Of a stretch of DNA of 64,000 nt, positions 53,801 through 64,000 are shown one piece after another. The position numbers and the translations under genes are program-made. Origin of the DNA: Eledone cirrhosa (taxonomy: Eukaryota); the NCBI GenBank assembly GCA_964016885.1, contig OZ024741.1:71176001-71240000 (forward strand), read 5' to 3'. Each line of letters starts with the position of its first letter. Positions within the stretch are counted from its first letter, which is position 1. The notes under the pieces are model-generated. The model saw nothing but the letters and a program-made list of their open reading frames with translations. It was not told the origin of the DNA and did no database searches.

Positions 53801-55510
53801 ATCAAATGAAATACTAATATACCTAACTATAGTCTATATATCAAATGAAATACTAATATACCTGACTATAGTCTATATATCAAATGAAATACTAATATAC
53901 CTAACTATAGTGTATATATCAAATGAAATACCAATATACCTGACTATAGTCTATATATCAAATGAAATACTAATATACCAAACTATAGTCTATATATCAA
54001 ATGAAATACTAATATACCTGACTATAGTCTATATATCAAATGAAATACTAATATACCTGACTATAGTCTATATATCAAATGAAATACCAATATACCTGAC
54101 TATAGTCTATATATCAAATGAAATACTAATATACCTAACTATAGTCTATATATCAAATGAAATACTAATATACCTAACTATAGTCTATATATCAAATGAA
54201 ATACTAATATACCTAACTATAGTCTATATATCAAATGAAATACTAATATACCTAACTATAGTCTATATATCAAATGAAATACTAATATACCTGACTATAG
54301 TCTATATATCAAATGAAATACCAATATACCTGACTATAGTGTATATATCAAATGAAATACTAATATACCTAACTATAGTGTATATATCAAATGAAATACT
54401 AATATACCTGACTATAGTCTATATATCAAATGAAATACTAATATACCTAACTATAGTGTATATATCAAATGAAATACTAATATACCTGACTATAGTCTAT
54501 ATATCAAATGAAATACCAATATACCTGACTATAGTGTATATATCAAATGAAATACTAATATACCTAACTATAGTGTATATATCAAATGAAATACTAATAT
54601 ACCTAACTATAGTGTATATACCATATGAAATACTAATATACCTGACTATAGTCTATATATCAAATGAAATACTAATATACCTAACTATAGTGTATATATC
54701 AAATGAAATACCAATATACCTGACTATAGTGTATATACCATATGAAATACTAATATACCTGACTATAGTCTATATATCAAATGAAATACTAATATATCTA
54801 ACTATAGTCTATATATCAAATGAAATACCAATATACCTAACTATAGTGTATATATCAAATGAAATACTAATATACCTGACTATAGTCTATATATCAAATG
54901 AAATACTAATATACCTAACTATAGTGTATATATCAAATGAAATACCAATATACCTGACTATAGTCTATATATCAAATGAAATACTAATATACCTGACTAT
55001 AGTCTATATATCAAATGAAATACTAATATACCTGACTATAGTCTATATATCAAATGAAATACTAATATACCTAACTATAGTGTATATATCAAATGAAATA
55101 CCAATATACCTAACTATAGTGTATATATCAAATGAAATACTAATATACCTGACTATAGTCTATATATCAAATGAAATACTAATATACCTAACTATAGTGT
55201 ATATATCAAATGAAATACTAATATACCTAACTATAGTGTATATATCAAATGAAATACTAATATACCTAACTATAGTCTATATATCAAATGAAATACTAAT
55301 ATACCTGACTATAGTCTATATATCAAATGAAATACTAATATACCTAACTATAGTCTATATATCAAATGAAATACTAATATACCTAACTATAGTGTATATA
55401 TCAAATGAAATACTAATATACCTAACTATAGTGTATATATCAAATGAAATACTAATATACCTGACTATAGTCTATATATCAAATGAAATACTAATATACC
55501 TAACTATATG
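50835..55510. repeat. Satellite: ~48-bp monomers (to ~51300), then ~108 copies of a 39-bp monomer
   Basis: 39-bp unit atatatcaaatgaaatactaatatacctaactatagtct; the 48-bp form carries an extra attgtgtat. Confidence 0.98.
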
Positions 55511-56149
55511 TGTAATCATGAATTAAAAATTTACAAAAACTATAATTTCTGTTTCATTACTATATTTATAATGAAATACACTGAATATGGGTGAGTTGTT
55601 AGTCTTGGTAGTAGTGGTTTGGTTTTAATGGTGGGGGTTGTTGTAATTGCAGCTGTGGTGGTGATCATCATAGTCTTCATTAACATGGTAATGGGGAGGG
55701 TGGTAGTTTTAGTTGGTGTAGTCATAGTTGGGGGGGGGGATTGTCATGGTAGCAGTTGCGGTGGTGGTGATCATCCACATCTTCATCAATATGGTGAGAA
55801 GGGAGGGTTTTAGTAAATGCCATAATGGAGAGGGGGGGGGGGTGAATTGTCATGGTGGCGGTAGTGGCAGTGATGGCAGCAGATGTGAAGGTGGAGGTGA
55901 GATATATGTGTCCAAAAATACACAGCAAACAGATGGCCAATAAATTCTATGAGAAAGAACTACATTCCTAACAGATGGTCACAAATGATTCTAGGAGAAA
56001 GAAATCCATATTTTCTCTATTAATGCAACATTCATTCTCAAGTGGTGGTCATGGCAATGAAATGTCATTTTTCTCTTTCTTTTTGCAGCACACACACACA
56101 TGTATAATGTGTGTGTGTGTGTGTGTGCATAGGCTCTACTAAAATCAGA

Positions 56150-56440
56150 ATCATCATCATCAACGTTTAACATCCATTTTCCATACTAGTACAGGTTAAA
56201 CAGATTGTCACCTTGAGACTAATCAGGTCAGGTGACCACACCTTGCTCATATGGAGCTGCATTTTGGATTATTTTCTACAGCTGGATGCCCTTCCTAACA
56301 TGCTATGTTACAATGTGGACTGGGTGCTTTTTATCATGGCACCAAAATGACCAACTGACAGGTTGGACTGGGTACTTTTTCATCATGTCATCAGCACAAC
56401 CACCTTACTTACAGGGTGGACATGTGCTTTTTGTCATGTG
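56150..56440 (-). mobile_element. Old RTE-tail/SINE fragment
   Basis: CAT tail and 'ctacagctggatgcccttcctaac'. Confidence 0.75.
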
Positions 56441-57295
56441 AAACCAAAAATTAACAGACAGATACAGTATATGCAAAGCCAATTATAACTGCCATGCTTA
56501 ATCTGTTGAAAGATTTTAAATTAAGTGTCACTGATCTACCACCCTCATGGTACTTTACAACCACTGCTAAGCATGTGACCAATATGCCACTAATATAACC
56601 ATTCGGATTTTAAAGATGGAACCATGAAGGCTTTGAAATGTTGATGGATTTAGGAAAGCTACTGTTCCAAAGTAAGCATAAAAAACTAATGAGGAAATAG
56701 GAAAAATTCTTAATAAAAGTGATCAAGCTGGAGCACTAACTATAATGATCCCCAGAAGACAGTCGGTGAGCCGAAACTGTTCATGAGCTTGTCTCTTCTG
56801 AATTTTCTGTTTCCTATATTTTTCCCATGTAAATTTTTAATCATTTTATCATTGTAACCATACAGCCTCATTTTTATATAACACGCACACATATTTTATA
56901 TATATATATATTTTTTTTCAAGGGGCATATATCTTTGGCGGAGCTACATGTGGTGGGCGCCTGTACAGTATATTTTTCATTGTAGGGTCAGAAATTATGA
57001 TTATCGATTGGAAATGTTAAATTTATGTTTAGACTTGGAAGATGTCATTTAAGATGAGATTGGAAAGGTGGGATTTGGGTTTAAAGTTGGGAGATTTAGT
57101 TGAAGAATTTACAGAGGGAGGCGTTTGTGGAGGGGGGGGGGGGGGGGGGGGGGGTCACGATAAATTTTTTCAGCCCCATGGATTATATTCCTTTGTTAAA
57201 TTTTGAATACCTGAACCCAGGTCATTGAAATGTTCATAGTATAATAAACCTTTAAGGAATTACACCAGTCCAGCCTCCTGTTATTTTATAATATA

Positions 57296-57581
57296 TCATC
57301 ATCATCATTTTACGTCCGCTTTTCCCTGCTTGCAAGGGTGGGATGGGAACTGATTCTGGCTTGATTTCTACAGCTGGATGCCCTTTCTCACACCAACCTC
57401 ATCTAGAGTGAGTGCTGGGTGCTTTTTTTTTTTGCCGTGGGACCTCCACGACCACTTTGCAGTGGAATGATAGGGACCCCAGTCCCTATCATCTCATTTC
57501 TACAGCTGTGTAAACTGGAACAATGTGAAATAAAGTGTCTTGCTCAAGGAAACAACACATCACCCGGTCTGAGAATTGAAC
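57296..57581 (-). mobile_element. CORE-like SINE with RTE-related tail
   Basis: Reverse complement of 20993-21316, truncated in the tRNA head. Confidence 0.88.
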
Positions 57582-57850
57582 AAGGTATCATTTAAGGTAA
57601 TCCAGTTAGAGGTTGTGAGTACTCTGTGTTGAGGATAGTTTTAACATACAACGTTATTTGACTCAACAAGAAGTTTCCTTAGTTAGGTAGTGAGTTTAAG
57701 AGTATTCCCATGCAGGTGGTTCTTGGAGTAATAATCATGAAAGAGTAAAGAATAACATGGTCGGCTGTACAAAAAAGGTTTATTTACAGTATTAACAATT
57801 GTTTTATTGTTTCACTATATATATATATATATATGATGATCATCATCATC

Positions 57851-58068
57851 ATTTGTGACAACTTTTCCTCCTATACTAATTGTGCCATGATTATCTTCTA
57901 GGGCATCAGTCATGATTCGCTCAAGGAAAATGTTAAACAGTGTCAGGGAGAGGAGACAGCCCTGTTGGATGCCTACTGATGTGTGGAACCAGTCCTTCAT
58001 TGTGCCTTGGACAAGTCCTGCACTTGGGGCTTTAGCATACAGCTGTTGTATGGTGTTGTGCAGCTGTA
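57851..58068 (-). mobile_element. RT fragment of a BovB-like RTE family
   Basis: WFHTSVGIQQGCLLSLTLFNIFLERIMTDALEDNHGTISIGGKVVTN (RT motif 4 up to just before the ADD motif). Confidence 0.8.
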
Positions 58069-59079
58069 GTGTATATATATATATATAGTTAATTAAGACT
58101 GATCTAGCTGCCTGTTACTCTGGATTTTCCCTGTGTGCTACAGATTCCTCAGATAGTTGAATGAGAAATTGTAATAAATATACATAAAAAAGAAAAACAA
58201 TAAGTGTCAACAAGAACAAGTTAGTTCCCCAATAGTGAGGGACTGCACTTTAGGATAATTCCAGGGAGAAACACAAAGCCCTGAATTGCTCTGTTAATTC
58301 AGGGCATTAAAAGTGCCTTATCCCAGTTTCCTTCCTCCTACTTAGAAAAGTGTAGTCAGATTAGGCCCATTCAGTTTCTCTAGTTGAAAAAGAAATGTTG
58401 ATGAAATTGACCCCAGTATTTGACTGGTAAATAATTACTTTTGTTATTTTAATAATTTCTTCATAATAATGTTATCATCCTTACAGGGTCGATAAAATAA
58501 AGTACCAGTAATGCACTGGGATAATTGTTGTCCTTGTGCCAAAAGTAGAAACAGTTATTTTAATAATTTCTTTTATTTATCATTATATTTTTTAATTAAT
58601 TAGATTTTTTTAAACTTTTATTTAAGGTGGGTAAAACACGAAACTTGCTGTACTTGAAAATTTCCAGAGTGGATTAATAAGAAAACCTCAGTAAAATCCA
58701 TATAGTACACAAATTAGGTGGTATGTGAGAACTGAGTAACGGTAAGATGTTAAGTAAGCTAAACTCAAGGTGAAGAAAATGTAACTGGAAAAATGAAAGT
58801 AGTAGAGGAGTAAATAAGAGAAAAATATGTACTATTTTCTTTTTATTTTTTATTTTTTGTTCTTGTCTGAAGTAATAACCATCTGGAAACATTGTCTGGG
58901 AATTCAAAGAAGCAGACGATCTTTGAAAAGAAGAAAAAATACAAAAATAAACCCTGAGGTAATGTGTATGCATGTTTATATGTAAGTGTGTGTGTAGAGT
59001 GAAGGAGAGAGAGGGGGGGGGTCTCAATTGCAAGAGCAAGCAGTTTTGGTTTGTGGACTGGGTACTTTTTTATTTATAT

Positions 59080-59280
59080 ATCATCATCATCACCGTTTTA
59101 CGTCCATTCTTCCACGCTAACAGGAGTTAGACAGGTTGTCCTGTTGTGCGCTGTGCCAGGTCAGGTGACCTTGTCTTGCTCATACGGGAACTGATTTTGG
59201 CTTGATTTCTATAACTGGATGCCCTTCCTAACACCAACCTCATTTACAGTGAGTACTGGGTGCTTTTCTATCGTGGCGCC
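59080..59280 (-). mobile_element. RTE subfamily A 3' UTR/tail
   Basis: Matches 13401-13555. Confidence 0.8.
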
Positions 59281-59820
59281 TATATATATATATGTACACA
59301 CGCATGCACATAAACATATATACATATATATACACACACACACACACATATATACACAATAGAGGGGGGTGACAGGGCCTCATATCTTTATATTTAGCAA
59401 CTGGCTGACCTGAAGCTAAACAACAATAGAAGGGGTTGTAACACATGAGACTAGCAAGATCAAAGGAACAGAGGCCACATTTAACAGGTGAAACAATATT
59501 ACAAGACAGAAGTGAAAAGTCTCACAAAGGAGACAGATACACCTTTACTATAATAGGCCCCTGCTCTTCATTAGCTGGCTAATCTTGAGTGCCACCTCCA
59601 TTCAGACCCTCCTAACTCAATTGTCTCATCATACCCCAGGCCCATACTAACCACTTTTCCAGTCCTTCTGGAAAAGTGTCATCCCTCTGGAATTTCCTCC
59701 CCATGTCTTTCTACTGCAACCATTTCAGAAGAAAAGCAACCACTGAGATCTGATCTCAACAACCTGAGAGAGAGTGCAAAGCCTTCGACACAAACCCATT
59801 CTTCCCAAACAAACCATTAA

Positions 59821-60728
59821 CCCTTGAGACACCAAACAAACCAAAACTGTCTCAATTCTATAAGGACAAAGCTCTTGTTTTAAAGTATTCCTATTTAACC
59901 CCTTAGCATTTAAACTGGCCATATCCGGCCAGAATTCTCTCACCTCTTTCTGTTCAAACCAGCTGTAACTGGCTGCTCATACTTATGTTAAGGTGCTGTT
60001 CTCAAAATAAATAATATCAAAATCTCATAGATTTGATATTAAGTGAGATAATTATGTGAGATAAAGTGTTTACCGTGAAAATACAATAGTAAATATAGAG
60101 TAATGTAAATGCTAAAGGGTTAAACCAGCTGTAACCGGCTGCTCATACTTATATTAAGGTATTGTTCTCAAAATAATATCAAAATCTCGTAGATTCGATA
60201 TCATGTGGGATAATTATGTGAGATAAAGCCTTCGAAAATACAATAGTAAATATAGAGTAATGTAAATGCTAAAGGGTTACATAAAAAAATAATTGTTTCT
60301 ACTTTAGGCACAAGGCCAGCAATTACCCAGTGCATTACTGGTACTTTATTTTATCGACCCCGTAAGGATGAAAGGCTAAGTCAACCTCGGCGGGATTACA
60401 TAAAAAATAATGTTATAAAGAAATACATTTGTTTACTTATGTACTAAATTCCAACTTAGTAATAATTGTTTCTACTTTTGGCACAAGGCCATCAATTACC
60501 CAGTACATTACTGGTACTTTATTTTATCGACCCCGTAAGGATGAAAGGCAAAGTTAACCTCGGCGGGATTTGAACTCAGACTGTAAAGGGACGTAACTAT
60601 GCTGGAAAGTATGGCGTCCAACTCTCTACTGATACTGCCAATTCCAACTTGGTAATAATGTTTGTTAGTTATTTTACTAAATCACTTTAAATTGTTGATT
60701 TTATTTACAAAATATGATAATGAAAAGG
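59821..60728. mobile_element. Nested cluster: old piggyBac-type MITE containing a young MITE (59899-60119), its partial duplicate (~60121-60277) and two SINEs (~60290-60397, ~60462-60642)
   Basis: TTAA-bounded termini and family matches. Confidence 0.8.
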
Positions 60729-61170
60729 TTAAAAAGAAAAATAAGCTTGTTAAGTAAGTACACGACACCTGGAGCTTCTTAATCCATCATCTAACATTTT
60801 TTCTCTGTACTTACCGAGAGCCTACCTGGCAATCAGCCAGCCAGCCGAACAACGAACGAGCCAATCTGCCTACCTCACAACTGCTCACATTATATTATTA
60901 TGCCTGATCATCTCTTTATTCTCCACATGCAGTGTATTGGATATAAGGTGAATTCTAATCACAATTGTTGCTATAGCAACTGTACAGAAGTGGCATGATA
61001 TGGTGACATTCAGAGCAGGTGTTCTTAGAAATAAGCGTATTTTTTTGTTTCTGTTTTCTATGTTTCGTAAACTAACCAGACATTGGGCCTTCTCTTTATG
61101 CCAACCCCACATTTAGTTAAGTTTTAGTTAATAGCTTTAAAAAGGAAAAACTTTATGCTTATAAATATAA

Positions 61171-61203
<33 letters not shown>

Positions 61204-61529
61204 ATTAAATAATCTTGAGTAGAGTGCATGAATGTACAAAAGCAATGTGGGGGCCCCAGCCTGTCTGAGCACTTGGTAGAGCATGGAAACATGCGTAAGC
61301 AAGATACAGACCCCAACCCATCTGAGAGGCCAGTTGCTCCCCTTGGGTACTAACTCAATCCGTAAAGACCAGCTTCCTCTTTCTCTGTCTATCTCTCCAG
61401 CAGTCATGGGTTGACAGGTGTTTAAAAACTAAGTGCAGATATTAACATATGTTAACACAGATATTATGTCATATAAAAGAGACACAGAGTCAAGCAAATA
61501 GAGAGGTAGGGAGGAGAAAGATAAGTTGT

Positions 61530-62102
61530 GAGAGGCATGTTCAATAAGTAATGAGAACATTTCAGGAGAGGCGTTAAATATTATTTAATTAGAATGTTAC
61601 TTTATGGTGAAGTAGTCTTACATATAATGTATAAAGTGACTAATTGGCAACTTCCTACCTGCTTAGATTGGCAAACAGTGGTGTACATGGTAGAAACAGT
61701 GTGATCCCATTTGCTGATCTGTCAACAAGTGGCAAGATGAAGAGAAACATGGAGCAACTTTATGCCATCAAATTTTGTACTAAACTTAAGAAAACCAAAC
61801 AAAAACCCTATGGAATGTTAGAGGAGGCTTATAGGGATGAATTGGTGAGCAAATCAAGTTTCTACAGATGGCTTTAGAGATTTTCTGAAGGAAATGAACA
61901 GATTGAGGATGAATGGAGACCCAGAGCACCAAACAGTGCATGAAAGGAGGAAAATACTGAGTAAGTGTGACGATTAGTGATGCAAGACTGTCGAGCTACT
62001 GTAAGGATCATATCTGAAGCTATTGGTATTAGTATTGGTACAGTGAAGACAATTCTGACCGAATAACTGGAGCTCCACAATATCTGTGCCAAGTCCATGC
62101 CA
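61530..62102 (+). mobile_element. Decayed mariner transposon, 5' part (transposase N-terminal HTH domains)
   Basis: From 61737: MKRNMEQLYAIKFCTKLKK..YGMLEEAYRDELVSKSSFYRW*RFSEGNEQIEDE..DCRATVRIISEAIGISIGTVKTIL..L..ICAK; TIR-like 'gaggcatgttcaataagta' at ~61532. Confidence 0.85.
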
Positions 62103-62488
62103 TTTACATCTCACACCAATGCAGTTTTAACTAACCCTATAGGGTTGCATCTCATAGGAGCTTTTTTCAGATATTTTAATGATAAGTGCCCCCAGTCCTA
62201 TCTTTGATATAGCTCACACTTACCTATCCAGGTTTAGCTGGCTTTCTACAAGGTTATTTCTCAAAAGCTTAGTGAAATGAAGCATATTGCTCAAGAGCTC
62301 AATGCGCTGTCCAGTTCAGTAATAAAACCTATGACCATATGATTGCGAGTCCAACACCCTAACCACTAGGCCATGTACCTTCCCCAGCAGCCTGATGAAT
62401 GGAACCAGTGAAAGAATTAAAGAATAACAATAGGGATTTCTTCTAATTCAGAGACATCGCCAAATCTTGAGAGTGATGATGGAAAATA

Positions 62489-62530
<42 letters not shown>

Positions 62531-62588
62531 GATAAATCTACCAAGAGTTTACGGTAGTGTCCAATCCGTATGAAGAAAGTGTCCAATC

Positions 62589-62738
62589 CATTATTTCTGA
62601 AGACGGCGTATATATGTGTTGGTATGTATATTTAATCTTGATAGTTTGTATAATTTTGTATAATTTTGTACATAGATCTGTTGAATATGCATGCCAACTC
62701 TAACACATATATATCCTAGAAACGATCGTTAAATAATG
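62589..62738 (+). ncRNA. Type I hammerhead ribozyme motif with long stem II and palindromic stem III (Penelope-type)
   Basis: CATTATTT-CTGAAGA-[~115-nt hairpin]-GAAA-CGATCG-TT-AAATAATG; 8-bp stem I. Confidence 0.75.
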
Positions 62739-62785
62739 AACTTTTTTTGTTTAATATAAGGAATTGTTTATTCATTATTTGTTTA

Positions 62786-62822
<37 letters not shown>

Positions 62823-63240
62823 CCATATGGAAAATATATAGAATAAGTAGTTAAAGAGATAAATAAAAAGGAATGCATCTAAAGGGAAGAAGTGAGAGGA
62901 GAAAGCAGTTATGGAGGAGGTGATACCTGTGATAGTGCCAGTGTTAGTAGTGTGATAGTGGTGGTGGTGACAATGGAAGGGGTGCCCTTGGCAGCAGAGG
63001 AGGGTGTGGTGGGATAATTTCAACATTTTAATGAGATCCAAAAGGATAATAGAAACAACAACAAGCACAAGAAAAAGAATAGAAAAGAATAGATAGATAG
63101 ATAAATGAGTAAATAAATAGATAAATAAATAACTATAGGTAATGAGAGAAGTGGAGTGGAGTGGAAAGTGCCAGATGGAGGAGGAGGAGGTTAAGAAACT
63201 AGGTTAACTAAGAGAAGGAAGCCACCTGGAATAAGTAAAC

Positions 63241-64000
63241 ATACCCTCACCACTACCCTACTCTACCCCAATATACCACTACATCTACCTCTAACAGCGA
63301 ACACCCTCACCACTACCCTACTCTACCCCAATATACCACTACATCTACCTCTAACAGCGAACACCCTCACCACTACCCTACCCTACCCCAATATACCACT
63401 ACATCTACCTCTAACAACGAACACCCTCACCACTACCCTACTCTACCCCAATATACCACTACATCTACCTCTAACAGCAAACACCCTCACCACTACCCTA
63501 CCCCAATATACCACTACATCTACTTCTAACAACGAACACCCTCACCACTACCCTACTCTACCCCAACATACCACTACATCTACCTCTAACAGCGAACACC
63601 CTCACCACTACCCTACCCTACCCCAATATACCACTACATCTACCTCTAACAGCGAACACCCTCACCACTACCCTACCCTACCCCAATATACCACTACATC
63701 TACCTCTAACAACGAACACCCTCACCACTACCCTACTCTACCCCAATATACCACTACATCTACCTCTAACAGCAAACACCCTCACCACTACCCTACCCCA
63801 ATATACCACTACATCTACTTCTAACAACGAACACCCTCACCACTACCCTACTCTACCCCAACATACCACTACATCTACCTCTAACAGCGAACACCCTCAC
63901 CACTACCCTACCCTACCCCAATATACCACTACATCTACCTCTAACAACGAACACCCTCACCACTACCCTACCCCAATATACCACTACATCTACCTCTAAC
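63241..64000. repeat. 60/55-bp C-rich minisatellite, running off the window end
   Basis: Unit acaccctcaccactaccctactctaccccaatataccactacatctacctctaacagcga; 13 copies. Confidence 0.98.

Noticed and set aside
51960-55526. 1188-aa ORF as a CDS
   Set aside because: 39-bp satellite translation starting at GTG; no evidence of coding function
58873-58958. Candidate exon (pyrimidine tract-AG ... GAG|GTAATG)
   Set aside because: Weak acceptor and unrecognisable peptide
62390-62420. CTGATGA-atggaaccagt-GAAA hammerhead-like core
   Set aside because: Stem II is marginal and no stem I or III pairing was found

Overview
Eukaryotic, AT-rich, almost entirely repeat-derived DNA. The repeat content (RTE LINEs with GAT tails, tRNA-derived SINEs, very long (TA)n/(TACA)n tracts) suggests a coleoid cephalopod, probably Octopus; this is inferred, not verified. 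No host protein-coding gene can be supported. Nearly all long ORFs in the supplied track are translations of microsatellites or of a 39-bp satellite. The real coding remnants are transposon-derived: several RTE-clade LINE families (one carrying a C4HC3 PHD-like finger inside the RT), a near-complete RTE with a twin-priming 5' inversion, a CR1-group 3' end, and maT, mariner and piggyBac remnants. Non-coding elements include piggyBac- and hAT-type MITEs, two main SINE groups, a chimeric 357-bp SINE tandem array and 39/48-bp and 60-bp satellites. The most interesting signals are a spacer-less 322-bp palindrome carrying two loxP-like 34-bp sites, two type I hammerhead ribozyme motifs with intact cores, a possible HDV-like fold at an RTE-type 5' end, and repeated head-to-head fusions of two 5'-truncated LINE copies.
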